64,000 nucleotides of DNA from an uncultured Actinomycetota bacterium (GCA_963824335.1 CAWGPB010000032.1:48769-112768); one strand, 5' to 3'. Counted from the stretch's first letter, positions 40,091 through 53,407 are shown. Notes: generated by a model not told the origin, from the sequence alone. Program-made: numbers and translations.

Positions 40091-41660
40091 GCTCGCATCC
40101 GGGCTGGCAGGAGAGCGCCGACGTCGTCGTCATCGGTACCGGCGTCGGCGGTTTGGCCGCCGCGCTGGCCGCGCACCGGGCCGGCCGCCGGGTCGTCGTA
40201 CTCAGCAAGGCCGGACGAAGCCCGGTGGAACGGCCACGCATTACGCGCAGGGCGGCATCGCGGTGGTGCTGCCCGACAACGACGACTCGATCGACGCGCA
40301 CGTCGCCGACACGCTCGCCGCCGGCGCAGGCCTGTGTGATCCGGACGCGGTGACCTCGATCGTCGCCGACGGCTACCGGGCCGTCAGCGAATTGGTCAGC
40401 GCCGGAGCGCGATTCGACGAGTCCTCGTCGGGCGGTTGGGCGTTGAGCCGCGAGGGCGGGCACTCCCGGCGGCGGATCGTGCATGCCAACGGCGATGCCA
40501 CCGGGGCAGAGGTGCAACGCGCCCTCGACCACGCGGCTGACATGCTGGACATCCGTCCCAAACACACCGCGCTGCGACTGCTGCACGACGCGGGATCGGT
40601 GACCGGTGTGCTGCTCACCAATCGGCAGGGGATCGGGGTCATCCATGCGCCGTCGGTCATTCTCGCGACCGGCGGCCTGGGTCATCTCTACAGTGCGACC
40701 ACCAACCCCGAGGGCTCGACCGGCGACGGGATCGCGCTGGCGCTGTGGGCCGGTGTTGCCGTCAGCGACATCGAGTTCATTCAGTTCCACCCGACGATGC
40801 TGTTCGACGGTCGTCATGGAGGTCGCCGCCCGCTGGTCACCGAGGCGATCCGCGGTGAGGGCGCGGTTTTGATTGACAGCCAAGGCAATTCGGTCACCGC
40901 TGGCGTGCACCCGATGGGCGACCTGGCCCCCCGCGACGTCGTGGCAGGAGCGATCGACGCCCGGCTGCGAGCAACCGGTGACCCGTGTGTATTCCTCGAC
41001 GCCCGCGGTATCGCCGATTTCAAGCGCCGCTTTCCGACGGTCACCGCATCGTGCCGCGCTGCCGGCGTCGACCCGGTCACCCAGCCGATCCCGGTCGTTC
41101 CGGGCGCGCATTACAGCTGCGGTGGAGTGGTCACCGATGTGCACGGCCAGACCGAACTGCCCGGGCTGTTCGCCGCGGGTGAGGTCGCCCGCACCGGGAT
41201 GCACGGCGCTAACCGGCTGGCGTCCAACAGCTTGCTGGAGGGTCTGGTGGTCGGTGGACGGGCGGGCAAGGCTGCGGCCGCACACGCGTTGGATTCTGGG
41301 CCGGTGCGCGCAAGCTCGGGAGAGCCCGTCGGCCGCTCGGCATTGGTCCGCAGCGACCTGCAGCGGGCGATGAGCCGCGACGCGTCGGTGGTTCGCGACG
41401 CCGACGGGCTGCATGGGTTGATCGATACGCTGTCGGCCGCGCCGCTCGCGGCCGTCGTCACCCGCGCCAGGCTCGAAGACGCCGCACTGACCGCCACCGC
41501 CCGCGCGCTGGCCGCCGCCGCGCTGGCCCGCGAGGAGAGTCGCGGTTGCCACCATCGGGCCGAATACCGCGATGCGGCAGGGAGTCCGGCCCACAGCCTG
41601 GTTGTCCGGCTGGACTCTGACGACAGCGCGCAGGTCGAGACACTGGCGGCGGTCTGCTGA
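40087..41660 (+). pseudogene. nadB: L-aspartate oxidase, with frameshift near 40228
   Basis: VVVIGTGVGGL FAD motif in one frame; TATHYAQGGIA...EGGHS...QFHPT...HGANRLASNSL in another. Deleting GA from GTGGAACG restores SPVTATHY. Confidence 0.92.
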
Positions 41661-42517
41661 TGGTCCTCGCACCCAGCGAGCTCGCGGAGGCTCGCGCCAC
41701 GATCAGCCGTGCGCTCGACGAGGACCTGCGCTACGGACCCGACATCACCACGCGCGCGACGGTTCCCGACGGCGCCAGGACGACGGCGTCGCTGATCACC
41801 CGCGAGGCCGGAGTGATCGCCGGGGTGGACATCGCCCTGCTGGTGCTCGACGAGGTCCTCGGTCCCGACGGATACCGGGTGATCGACCGCGTCGACGACG
41901 GCACGCGGCTGCAGCCGGGCGGACCGCTGCTGACCGTGGAGGCCCAGACGCTGGGCCTTCTCACCGCCGAGCGGACCTTGCTGAACCTGGTCTGCCACCT
42001 GTCCGGGATCTCGACCGCCACCGCGGCGTGGGTGGACGCGGTGGACGGCACCAAAGCCCAAATCCGCGACACCCGCAAGACGCTGCCCGGTCTACGTACG
42101 CTGCAGAAGTACGCAGTCCGCGTCGGCGGCGGCGTCAACCACCGCCTCGGATTGGGTGATGCGGCGCTGATCAAGGACAACCACGTCGCCGCCGCGGGAT
42201 CGGTCGTCGCGGCGCTGCGTGCGGTGCGGGCCGCTGCGCCCGATCTGCCGTGCGAGGTCGAGGTCGATTCGCTCGAGCAGCTCGACGACGTGCTCGGCGA
42301 AGGTGCCGAATTGGTGCTGCTCGACAACTTCCCGATCTGGCAGACCCAGATCGCGGTGCAGCGCCGAGATGTGCAGTCACCGGCCACCAAACTCGAGTCG
42401 TCCGGCGGGCTTTCGCTGGACACCGCCGCCGAGTACGCCGGGACCGGCGTGGATTATCTCGCCGTCGGCGCGCTCACCCACTCGGTTCGGGTGCTCGACA
42501 TCGGCCTGGACGTCTAG
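41660..42517 (+). CDS. nadC: Nicotinate-nucleotide pyrophosphorylase (QAPRTase)
   Basis: DTRKTLPG, NHRLGL, LIKDNH, EVEVD, LLDNF, ESSGG. Confidence 0.97.
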   Translation: MVLAPSELAEARATISRALDEDLRYGPDITTRATVPDGARTTASLITREAGVIAGVDIALLVLDEVLGPDGYRVIDRVDDGTRLQPGGPLLTVEAQTLGLLTAERTLLNLVCHLSGISTATAAWVDAVDGTKAQIRDTRKTLPGLRTLQKYAVRVGGGVNHRLGLGDAALIKDNHVAAAGSVVAALRAVRAAAPDLPCEVEVDSLEQLDDVLGEGAELVLLDNFPIWQTQIAVQRRDVQSPATKLESSGGLSLDTAAEYAGTGVDYLAVGALTHSVRVLDIGLDV

Positions 42518-43080
42518 CGGCGCAGCAGCCGCCGGATCGCGAATTTGGCGGCCTCCAGCGGGGTCACGGCGCCAGAAACCCTGGACAGCATCAGCGCCCC
42601 CTCCAGTAGCGAGATGATTGCGACAGCAACGCTTTTCGCGTCGGCTGCCGCCCAGCCGTCCTGCCGCAGCCGTTCTTCGATGGCCGTGCACCAGCTGTCG
42701 AAGACACGTGCGGACGCCTCTCGGACCAGCGCGCTGGCATGGACCGACTCGGTGGCGATCGGCTCGATCGGGCATCCGTCTCGCCAGTCCACGGTCAGCC
42801 CGGCGATGTGGACGTCGACCCACCGGTCGACGATGTCAGCCACCGGAATGTCTTTGGCCAGCAGCCGGCGCAGCAGTCCTTCGATAGCCGCCCCGCCGCC
42901 GTCGACCGCTGCGGCGGCCAACTGCTGCTTGCCCTGCGGGAAGTGGTGATACAGCGAGCCGGGCCGCACACCGGCTTCGTCGAGGATCTGGTTGAGCCCG
43001 GTCGCCGCGTAGCCCTGGCGGCGGAACAAGGTGGCCGCGGCGTCGATCAGCGCGGCACGACTGCGATCGCGGCGGGGCAT
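42514..43080 (-). CDS. TetR-family regulator (LmrA/YxaF-like)
   Basis: LFRRQGYAATG, GSLYHHFPQGK, DGCPI; start ATG 43080. Confidence 0.92.
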   Translation of the reverse strand: MPRRDRSRAALIDAAATLFRRQGYAATGLNQILDEAGVRPGSLYHHFPQGKQQLAAAAVDGGGAAIEGLLRRLLAKDIPVADIVDRWVDVHIAGLTVDWRDGCPIEPIATESVHASALVREASARVFDSWCTAIEERLRQDGWAAADAKSVAVAIISLLEGALMLSRVSGAVTPLEAAKFAIRRLLRR

Positions 43081-43093
43081 GCCGTTGACTTTA

Positions 43094-43111
43094 CTTGAGT
43101 GATCGCTCAAG
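43094..43111. promoter_or_regulatory. Probable TetR operator inside the dehydrogenase promoter
   Basis: CTTGAGTGATCGCTCAAG (16/18 palindromic) between TTGACT (43085) and AAGAAT (43109), in a 40-bp divergent gap. Confidence 0.75.
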
Positions 43112-43120
43112 AATGCAGTG

Positions 43121-44149
43121 ATGAGGCAGCTGACATGCGTGGACAACGGCCGCTACGCCTGGCGCGAGGGCCCGGAACCGACCATCACGGAACCAGGACA
43201 TGCGCTGGTCAGGCCATTGGTGGTGGCCTGCTGCGACCTCGACGTCGCCGCCGCGGGTGGCTCGGCGCCGTTGCCGCCCGGTTATGCCGTCGGGCACGAA
43301 GGCCTGGCCGAGGTGGTCGCGGTCGGTTACGAAGTCTCGACTGTCCGCGTCGGCGACCGCGTCGTCGTGCCGTTCCAGATCAGCTGCGGGAACTGCCGCG
43401 AATGCCGCAGGGGAGTCACGGGGTCGTGCGGATCGCTGCCGCTGATGGCGATGTACGGGCTGGGCCCGCTGGCCGGCCTGGACGGCGGCGGGTTCATGTC
43501 CGACCTGGTGCTGGTGCCCTACGCCGACGCCATGCTGATCCCGGTTCCGTCCACGGTCGACCCGATCGCGGTCGCGTCGCTGTCGGACAACATCCCGGAC
43601 GGGTGGCGGACGGTCGGCCCGTTACGCGCCGAGATGGCTGACCTGGATCCGGCGGAACGTCGCGTACTGGTCCTCGGTCGGCTGTCCATCGGGCTGTATG
43701 CGGCGGCGTTCGCCGCGGCCTATGGCTTCCGCGTGGACTACGTCGACACCGACGCAGCCCGATTGGCCGTCGCTGAGTCACTCGGTGCCGTCGTGCACGA
43801 CAGGGCCAAGCCCGACAAATCCTGGGAGCCCTATCCCGTCACCGTGCACACCGCCGCCGACCCTGCGGTGCTGGCTGCGACCCTGCGGGCCACCTGGCCG
43901 GACGGGGTGTGCACCGACACCGGCATCTACTACCTGCCGACGGTGGAGATGCCGCTGCTGCCGATGTACACCCGCGGTGTGCGGTTCGTCACGGGCCGGG
44001 TCAGCGCCCGCGCCGTCATCCCGGAAATCCTCGAGCTGCTGGCCGGCGGATGCGACCTGTTGCCCGTTGTGGACCGGGTCGTCGACTGGGAGGACGCGCC
44101 GGAGGTCTGGCCGACCATGAGTGGCAAGACCGTCTTCACGCGGGTGTAG
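43121..44149 (+). CDS. Zn-dependent medium-chain alcohol dehydrogenase
   Basis: CCDLD, GHE, structural Zn CGNCRECRRGVTGSC, LSDNIPDG. Confidence 0.9.
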   Translation: MRQLTCVDNGRYAWREGPEPTITEPGHALVRPLVVACCDLDVAAAGGSAPLPPGYAVGHEGLAEVVAVGYEVSTVRVGDRVVVPFQISCGNCRECRRGVTGSCGSLPLMAMYGLGPLAGLDGGGFMSDLVLVPYADAMLIPVPSTVDPIAVASLSDNIPDGWRTVGPLRAEMADLDPAERRVLVLGRLSIGLYAAAFAAAYGFRVDYVDTDAARLAVAESLGAVVHDRAKPDKSWEPYPVTVHTAADPAVLAATLRATWPDGVCTDTGIYYLPTVEMPLLPMYTRGVRFVTGRVSARAVIPEILELLAGGCDLLPVVDRVVDWEDAPEVWPTMSGKTVFTRV

Positions 44150-44164
44150 CCGGACGATCGTGCA

Positions 44165-44221
44165 CGAGACAGCGGGGAGGGTCGCGATTCGTCGAGATCG
44201 ACACCCCTGAGCGCTATCTCG
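44165..44221. repeat. Imperfect palindromic intergenic element (REP-like) between convergent genes
   Basis: CGAGACAGCG...CGCTATCTCG outer arms; GGGTCGCGAT...ATCGACACCC inner arms. Confidence 0.55.
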
Positions 44222-44233
44222 CGGCGATGCGCT

Positions 44234-44644
44234 CTAGGCGATGTCGCCGACGAAGACCGCGACCCGGCCGATCTGCTGGCGTGCCAGGAAGGGCAGCCCC
44301 GTGCCGTCGCTGCCGGGCGGCAGCACCCGCGGGTTGGTGATGTGGACGTTCTTGCGGATGAAGTGCACGTCGGCTTCGCCGGCGGCCAGCACGTTCTTGA
44401 CCCAATCCGTTTTGCCGTGGGCCAGTCCGATCGCCAGCACATTGCCCTTGCGGTAGGCGGTCACGATGGTTTCGTACTGCTTGCCGGAGGTGCGGCCACG
44501 ATGCTTGATCACCGAAAACGTCGGAAGATAGCGCGCGATCGGCTTCACCAACGGGTTGAAATACTTGACTTGGAAGTTCTCAAACCAGACCGGGAAGATC
44601 ATCGGGACGCCCGGGGCGTTGTTGGGATGGTCCTTACGGGACAT
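44234..44644 (-). CDS. Deazaflavin-dependent nitroreductase-family protein (Rv1598c orthologue)
   Basis: [35 protein letters not shown]. Confidence 0.88.
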   Translation of the reverse strand: MSRKDHPNNAPGVPMIFPVWFENFQVKYFNPLVKPIARYLPTFSVIKHRGRTSGKQYETIVTAYRKGNVLAIGLAHGKTDWVKNVLAAGEADVHFIRKNVHITNPRVLPPGSDGTGLPFLARQQIGRVAVFVGDIA

Positions 44645-44721
44645 GTCAACTCCGTATTCTTCGGGTGCGGTCACAATACCGGTCCGATATGCAGTTGCTG
44701 TGCTCTGGGACAATGGTGGGC

Positions 44722-47799
<3,078 letters not shown>

Positions 47800-47803
<4 letters not shown>

Positions 47804-48420
47804 GAGCTAAATCCGTCGTGGTGCTGGACTACGGCTCGGGTAACCTACGTTCGGCTCAGCGCGCGCTACAGCGCGTCGGCGCCGAGGTCGAGGTGACCGC
47901 TGATCTCGAGAAGGCCGCTGCTGCAGACGGACTGGTGGTACCTGGGGTGGGCGCCTTCGAAGCGTGCATGAGCGGACTTCGGGAGATCAACGGGCAGCGG
48001 GTCATCGCCGAGCGGATCGCTGCGCGGCGGCCGGTGCTCGGTGTGTGCGTCGGCATGCAGATCTTGTTCGCCCGCGGTGTCGAGTTCGGCGTGGAGAGCA
48101 CCGGCTGTGGTCAGTGGCCGGGAGCCGTGACCCGACTGGACGCGCCGGTGATCCCGCACATGGGCTGGAACGTGGTAGCCGCCGCCCCCGGCAGCGCACT
48201 GTTCAAAGGCCTGGACACCGACGCCCGGTTCTACTTCGTGCATTCGTATGCCGCGCAGGAGTGGGACGGCGACGCCGACGCGCTGCTGACCTGGGCTACG
48301 CACGGGGTCCCGTTCCTGGCGGCGGTCGAGGATGGTCCATTGGCCGCCACCCAGTTTCACCCGGAGAAGAGCGGTGATGCCGGAGCGGCTGTATTGAGCA
48401 ATTGGGTTGAAGGGTTATGA
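47800..48420 (+). CDS. hisH: IGP synthase glutaminase subunit
   Basis: DYGSGN, PGVG, GVCVGMQ, PHMGWN, YFVHSY, QFHPEKS. Confidence 0.98.
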
Positions 48421-48421
48421 C

Positions 48422-49156
48422 GTGCCGTTGATTCTGTTGCCCGCCGTCGACGTGGTCGAGGGCCGGGCCGTGCGCTTGGTGCAGGGCAAGGCCGGCAGCG
48501 AAACCGAGTACGGCTCGGCGCTGGACGCCGCTTTGGGCTGGCAACGCGACGGCGCCGAGTGGGTGCACCTGGTCGATCTGGACGCCGCGTTCGGCCGAGG
48601 GTCCAATCGTGAGCTGCTGGCCGAGGTGGTCGGCAAGCTCGACGTGAAGGTCGAACTCTCCGGTGGCATCCGCGACGACGAGTCGCTGTCGGCCGCGCTG
48701 GCCACCGGTTGCGCGCGGGTCAATCTCGGGACGGCCGCCCTGGAGAACCCGCAATGGTGCGCCGAAGCGATCGCCGCCCACGGCGACAAGGTCGCGGTGG
48801 GCCTCGACGTGCAAATCATCGACGGTGACCATCGATTGCGGGGTCGCGGCTGGGAGACCGACGGTGGCGACCTATGGCAGGTGCTGGATCGTCTTGACAG
48901 CGAGGGGTGTTCGCGCTTTGTCGTCACCGATGTCACCAAGGACGGCACGTTGACCGGGCCCAACCTCGACTTGCTGCGTGCGGTCGCCGACCGCACCGAT
49001 ATTCCGGTGATCGCTTCCGGTGGCGTGTCGAGCATTGACGACCTGCGTGCCATCGCCACGTTGACCGACAGTGGGGTTGAGGGCGCAATTGTCGGCAAGG
49101 CGCTGTACGCCGGACGATTCACGCTGCCGCAGGCGCTGGCCGCGGTGGGAGAGTAG
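48422..49156 (+). CDS. priA: Bifunctional phosphoribosyl isomerase HisA/TrpF
   Basis: [28 protein letters not shown] (PriA loop), DGTLTGPN. Confidence 0.96.
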   Translation: MPLILLPAVDVVEGRAVRLVQGKAGSETEYGSALDAALGWQRDGAEWVHLVDLDAAFGRGSNRELLAEVVGKLDVKVELSGGIRDDESLSAALATGCARVNLGTAALENPQWCAEAIAAHGDKVAVGLDVQIIDGDHRLRGRGWETDGGDLWQVLDRLDSEGCSRFVVTDVTKDGTLTGPNLDLLRAVADRTDIPVIASGGVSSIDDLRAIATLTDSGVEGAIVGKALYAGRFTLPQALAAVGE

Positions 49157-49162
49157 GCCGCG

Positions 49163-49963
49163 ATGGATCTCGACGCTCTCGTCGCGAAGGCGTCGGCGAT
49201 CCTCGATGCCGCCGCCAAACCGTTCATCGCCGGCCATCGAGCGGAGTCCGCGGTCAGCAAGCGCGGTGACGACTTCGCCACCGACGTCGATCTGGCCATC
49301 GAGCGCCAAGTCGTCGACGCTCTCATGTCGGCGACCGGAATCCCGGTCCACGGTGAGGAGTTCGGTGGCGCCGACCTCGATTCAGAATGGGTGTGGGTGC
49401 TCGATCCTGTGGACGGGACGTTCAACTACGCGGCTGGATCGCCGATGGCCGCGATTCTGCTCGGCCTGCTGCACGACGGTGATCCGGTTGCCGGACTGAC
49501 CTGGTTGCCGTTCATGAACGAGCGCTATGCCGCAGTGTCTGGTGGTCCAGTCATGAAAAACGGTGTGCCGCAACCGCCGTTAGCCAAATCGGACCTCAAC
49601 CACGCGATCATCGGTGTCGGAACGTTCAACGCCGACTCCCGCGGCCGGTTCCCCGGGCGGTACCGGGTGGCGGTGCTCGAAGAGCTCAGTCGGGAGTCGT
49701 CAAGGATGCGGATGCACGGTGCTACCGGCATCGATCTCGCCTACGTCGCCGACGGGGTGCTCGGCGGCTCCATCAGCTTCGGGGACCACGTGTGGGATCA
49801 CGCCGCCGGTGTGGCGCTGGTACGGGCGGCGGGCGGGATCGTCACCAACCTCGCCGGCGACGAGTGGACCCCCGCGTCACGGTCCGCATTGGCCGCCGCT
49901 CCCGGTGTGCACGACCAGTTGCTCGACATGCTGCGCGGAGTGGGACAACCCGATGAGTACTGA
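49163..49963 (+). CDS. impA: Inositol monophosphatase-family protein
   Basis: [21 protein letters not shown]; between priA and hisF as in M. tuberculosis. Confidence 0.92.
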   Translation: MDLDALVAKASAILDAAAKPFIAGHRAESAVSKRGDDFATDVDLAIERQVVDALMSATGIPVHGEEFGGADLDSEWVWVLDPVDGTFNYAAGSPMAAILLGLLHDGDPVAGLTWLPFMNERYAAVSGGPVMKNGVPQPPLAKSDLNHAIIGVGTFNADSRGRFPGRYRVAVLEELSRESSRMRMHGATGIDLAYVADGVLGGSISFGDHVWDHAAGVALVRAAGGIVTNLAGDEWTPASRSALAAAPGVHDQLLDMLRGVGQPDEY

Positions 49964-50750
49964 ATCTAATTGCGGGACAAGCCTTGCCGTGCGGGTGATC
50001 CCGTGCCTGGACGTCGACGACGGCCGGGTGGTCAAGGGCGTCAACTTCGAGAACCTTCGGGATGCGGGCGATCCCGTCGAACTCGCCGCCGTCTACGACG
50101 CCGAGGGCGCAGACGAACTGACCTTTCTCGACGTGACCGCATCGTCGTCGGGTCGCACCACGATGCTCGACGTGGTCCGTCGCACCGCCGAGCAGGTGTT
50201 CATCCCACTAACCGTCGGCGGTGGCGTGCGAACAGTGGCCGACGTTGACGTGTTGTTGCGCGCAGGCGCCGACAAGGTGTCGATCAACACCGCCGCGATC
50301 GCGCGCCCGGAACTGCTGGCCGAGATGGCTGGCCAGTTCGGTTCGCAGTGCATCGTCTTGTCGGTCGACGCCCGCACGGTGCCGGCCGGTTCGGACCCGA
50401 CACCATCGGGCTGGGAAGTCACCACCCACGGCGGACGGCGCGGCACCGGCATCGACGCCGTTGAGTGGGCCGCCCGGGGCGCCGCGCTGGGGGTGGGAGA
50501 GATCCTGCTCAACTCGATGGATGCCGACGGCACCCGAGCGGGCTTCGACCTGGCGATGCTGCGCGCGGTGCGAGCAGCGGTGACGGTGCCGGTGATCGCC
50601 AGCGGCGGCGCCGGGGCGGTCGACCATTTCGCACCGGCCGTCGCTGCCGGCGCCGACGCGGTATTGGCCGCCAGCGTGTTTCACTTCCGGCAGTTGACCA
50701 TCGGGCAGGTCAAGGAAGCCATGGCCGCAGAAGGGATCACGGTGCGATGA
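49953..50750 (+). CDS. hisF: IGP synthase cyclase subunit
   Basis: [42 protein letters not shown]. Confidence 0.97.
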   Translation: MSTESNCGTSLAVRVIPCLDVDDGRVVKGVNFENLRDAGDPVELAAVYDAEGADELTFLDVTASSSGRTTMLDVVRRTAEQVFIPLTVGGGVRTVADVDVLLRAGADKVSINTAAIARPELLAEMAGQFGSQCIVLSVDARTVPAGSDPTPSGWEVTTHGGRRGTGIDAVEWAARGAALGVGEILLNSMDADGTRAGFDLAMLRAVRAAVTVPVIASGGAGAVDHFAPAVAAGADAVLAASVFHFRQLTIGQVKEAMAAEGITVR

Positions 50751-51094
50751 CCCTCGATCCCGACATCGCCGCACGCCTCAAACGCAACGCCGACGGACTG
50801 TTCACCGCGATCGTGCAGGAGCGCGAAAGCGGCGACGTGCTGATGGTCGCCTGGATGGACGACGACGCGCTGGCCCGCACCCTGGAAACCCGCGAGGGCA
50901 CGTACTTCTCCCGGTCCCGCGGCGAGCAATGGGTCAAAGGCGCCACCTCCGGTCACACCCAGCGGGTGCATTCGGTACGGCTGGATTGCGACGGCGACGC
51001 GGTGCTGTTGGTGGTCGATCAGGTCGGCGCCGCCTGCCACACCGGCGACCACAGCTGCTTCGACGCCGATGTGTTGTTGCACGCGGACGACTAA
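50747..51094 (+). CDS. hisI: Phosphoribosyl-AMP cyclohydrolase
   Basis: [28 protein letters not shown]. Confidence 0.97.
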   Translation: MTLDPDIAARLKRNADGLFTAIVQERESGDVLMVAWMDDDALARTLETREGTYFSRSRGEQWVKGATSGHTQRVHSVRLDCDGDAVLLVVDQVGAACHTGDHSCFDADVLLHADD

Positions 51095-51103
51095 TCCGTG
51101 GCG

Positions 51104-51227
51104 GGTGAGCCCGAAGTTGCTCACCGCATATCACCGTTAAGTTAATTAATTATCATCGGCCACTCAGGCCCAACTTATGAAGCATCTGCTCCGAATGCCG
51201 GACAATCCGCGGCCGCCCAGGGCGCGG
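51104..51227 (+). promoter_or_regulatory. Conserved upstream element, copy 1
   Basis: Aligns block by block with 52284-52408; starts 143 nt before the start codon. Confidence 0.8.
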
Positions 51228-51246
51228 GCAGAGCAGAGGAAGCCTG

Positions 51247-52086
51247 ATGTCACACACAAAACTTGTTGGTCGTGTTGGGGGGCTTGCCGTCGGGTTCGGG
51301 ATAGGTGTGGCGATCGCCGCAAGTGCGGGGAGCGCCTCGGCCGACGAACTCGATTTCCAGATCTCCATCGACGGGTATGACCTGATCCCTGCAGCAGATA
51401 CCACGGCGACCGCTACCTCGGGCACCGGGGACTTCGCGGCCGCCTTCGGCGCTGGCAGCTCCGCCACCGCCGACGGCGATCTCTTCGACTCCGCGATAGC
51501 TACCGGCGGCGGCTCCGCGACCGCCGGGCTTTTCAGCGGCGATGTCTTCGACTCCGCGTACGCCGACGGCGCCGGCAGCTCCGCCACCGCCGACGAAGGC
51601 ATGGACGACTTCGCCAGCGCCAAAGGCGGCGGCTTCTCCGACGTCGACTTGGGCAACTACGACTCCGGAACCGCGGATGGTACCGGCAGCCTTGCCCTGG
51701 TCAATGGCACCGACTCTTCCGCCGCGCTCGCGTCCGGCACCAGCGCCGATGCCATCGCCCAAAGCGGCACCGCCAACTTCGCCGACGCCATCGGCAACTA
51801 CACCGGCGCTACCGCCGGCAACGGCGACTACAACTTCTCCTCCGACATCGGCACTAATGACCCCTTCGGCGGCGGTGCTTCGTCGCTGCTGGGCAACTAC
51901 GACATTTCCTCCGTCTTCGGCAACGACAGCACCGCCTTAGCCGAGTCGGGCGACAGCAACCTCGCCATCGCATTCGGCAACGACCTCACCGCGATTACTT
52001 CCTACTTCGAACCGACCGCCATCGAGCCGCCGTCGCTGGCCAGCTTTCTCGACCCGATCCTGACCGAATTGATGAAGCTGTTTTAA
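51247..52086 (+). CDS. Secreted acidic Gly/Ala/Asp-rich repeat (beta-solenoid) protein, paralogue 1
   Basis: Signal peptide VGRVGGLAVGFGIG...ASA|D; ~17-20 aa D-x-A-x-A-x-G-x-G-S-x-A repeats; strong C-ending codon bias; RBS GAGGA. Confidence 0.85.
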   Translation: MSHTKLVGRVGGLAVGFGIGVAIAASAGSASADELDFQISIDGYDLIPAADTTATATSGTGDFAAAFGAGSSATADGDLFDSAIATGGGSATAGLFSGDVFDSAYADGAGSSATADEGMDDFASAKGGGFSDVDLGNYDSGTADGTGSLALVNGTDSSAALASGTSADAIAQSGTANFADAIGNYTGATAGNGDYNFSSDIGTNDPFGGGASSLLGNYDISSVFGNDSTALAESGDSNLAIAFGNDLTAITSYFEPTAIEPPSLASFLDPILTELMKLF

Positions 52087-52089
52087 CGG

Positions 52090-52143
52090 GGCGCGGTGGC
52101 GGCGGTCGCGGGTCGGCTCTGGCGATCCGCCGCCCAGCGCGCC
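52090..52143 (+). terminator. GC-rich hairpin after paralogue 1
   Basis: GGCGCG/CGCGCC outer arms; GGCGGCGGTCGC/GCGATCCGCCGCC inner arms. Confidence 0.65.
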
Positions 52144-52283
52144 GGGCGGCGCGAAAATTTGAGCAGCTCAGTTACGGTGGGCGGACTCACTCACCAGGAC
52201 TTTAGTTCGACCGAGCCCGAGTGGAATGCAGCGCAGTACGTTTGACGACTGACGGGTTGCGCTGCGGGACTTCGCCGAGGCCC

Positions 52284-52408
52284 GGTGAGCCCGAGACTGC
52301 TCAGCGCATTATTACCGGAAAACTAATTATCTATCAGTGGGCACTTAGGCCCAACTTATGAACTATCGGCTCCGAATCCCAGACAATCCGCGGCCGCCCG
52401 GGGCGCGG
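52284..52408 (+). promoter_or_regulatory. Conserved upstream element, copy 2
   Basis: Shares GGTGAGCCCGA-N3-TGCTCA, TAATTA, AGGCCCAACTTATGAA, GCTCCGAAT, GACAATCCGCGGCCGCCC-GGGCGCGG with copy 1. Confidence 0.8.
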
Positions 52409-52426
52409 ATTTAGTAGGGGAGTGCC

Positions 52427-53350
52427 GTGAAATCTGCAAAATTTTTTGGTCGCGTAGGGGGATTCGCAGTAGGACTGGGTATCGGATCGGCGATGGTCGC
52501 GATACCGTGGGCCGCCTCTGCCGACACGACCAGCGACCTCTTGTCATCTATCGATCTGGGTGGCCTGTCCCTCCCAGACGCCGCCGACTCGGCTACGTCA
52601 TTGGACTTCAGTAACATCGCCATCTCTTTCGACGGCACCACCCTGTTCCAGGACGGCACCGCCACCGCCACGTCCGGCACCGGGGACTTCGCCTTCGCCG
52701 ACGGCGCCGGCAGCATTGCCAACGCCACCGGCGGAACCGGCAACACTGCGATCGCTGAAGGTATCGGCGCGGGCTCCACTGCCGACGGCGGCACGGGCGA
52801 CTACGCCAGCGCCGTCGGTGCCGACAGCTTCGCCAACGCCAACGGCACGAGCGACTACGCCAGCGCCAATGGCTACATGAGCGAGGCCAACACCTTCATC
52901 GATCACAACACCACCGTCATCGCCAACGGCGCCAACGCCAGTGTTGTGATCGACGCCAACAATGACGTGGGCATCGCCGACGGCGCCAACTCGTCGGCCG
53001 GGGCGTTGGGCAGCAACGACCTCGCCACCGCCTTCGGCGACAACAGCTCGGCTTCTATCCTCGAAGGCAACTACGACGTCGCCGCCGCCAGCGGCTCCGA
53101 CAGCACGGCCTTGGTCGAACTCGGCAACACTGACGTCGGCGCCGCCCTCGGCGACGGCAGCAGCGCTACGGTCGCGGATGCCAGCAACAGCATCGCGGCC
53201 GCTTATGGCGACCTGCAGACCGCCTCTGCGGCGTTCGGCGTAGGGCTCACCGACATCGAGCCATCGTCGCTGGCCGCTATTTTCGACCCGTCGCTGGCGG
53301 CCGGCTCTATCGACGCAACGTTGCTGACCGAGTTCCTGGGTCTGCTGTAA
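52427..53350 (+). CDS. Secreted acidic Gly/Ala/Asp-rich repeat (beta-solenoid) protein, paralogue 2
   Basis: Signal FGRVGGFAVGLGIG...ASA|D; shares ISxDG, TATATSGTGDFA and IEPxSLA with paralogue 1. Confidence 0.85.
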   Translation: MKSAKFFGRVGGFAVGLGIGSAMVAIPWAASADTTSDLLSSIDLGGLSLPDAADSATSLDFSNIAISFDGTTLFQDGTATATSGTGDFAFADGAGSIANATGGTGNTAIAEGIGAGSTADGGTGDYASAVGADSFANANGTSDYASANGYMSEANTFIDHNTTVIANGANASVVIDANNDVGIADGANSSAGALGSNDLATAFGDNSSASILEGNYDVAAASGSDSTALVELGNTDVGAALGDGSSATVADASNSIAAAYGDLQTASAAFGVGLTDIEPSSLAAIFDPSLAAGSIDATLLTEFLGLL

Positions 53351-53363
53351 CCAGTCGCTGAAC

Positions 53364-53407
53364 CAGCACTGACTGCGTCCCACACCGTGGGGACGCAGTC
53401 AGTGCTG
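53364..53407 (+). terminator. Perfect 18-bp inverted repeat after paralogue 2
   Basis: CAGCACTGACTGCGTCCC-N8-GGGACGCAGTCAGTGCTG. Confidence 0.8.

Noticed and set aside
39685-40232. Programmed ribosomal frameshifting in nadA/nadB
   Set aside because: No slippery heptamer or stimulatory structure at the shift points, and orthologues are known as continuous ORFs.
51247-53350. PE_PGRS/PPE assignment for the Gly/Ala-rich proteins
   Set aside because: No PE/PPE N-terminal domain or GGAGG repeats; they carry Sec-like signal peptides.
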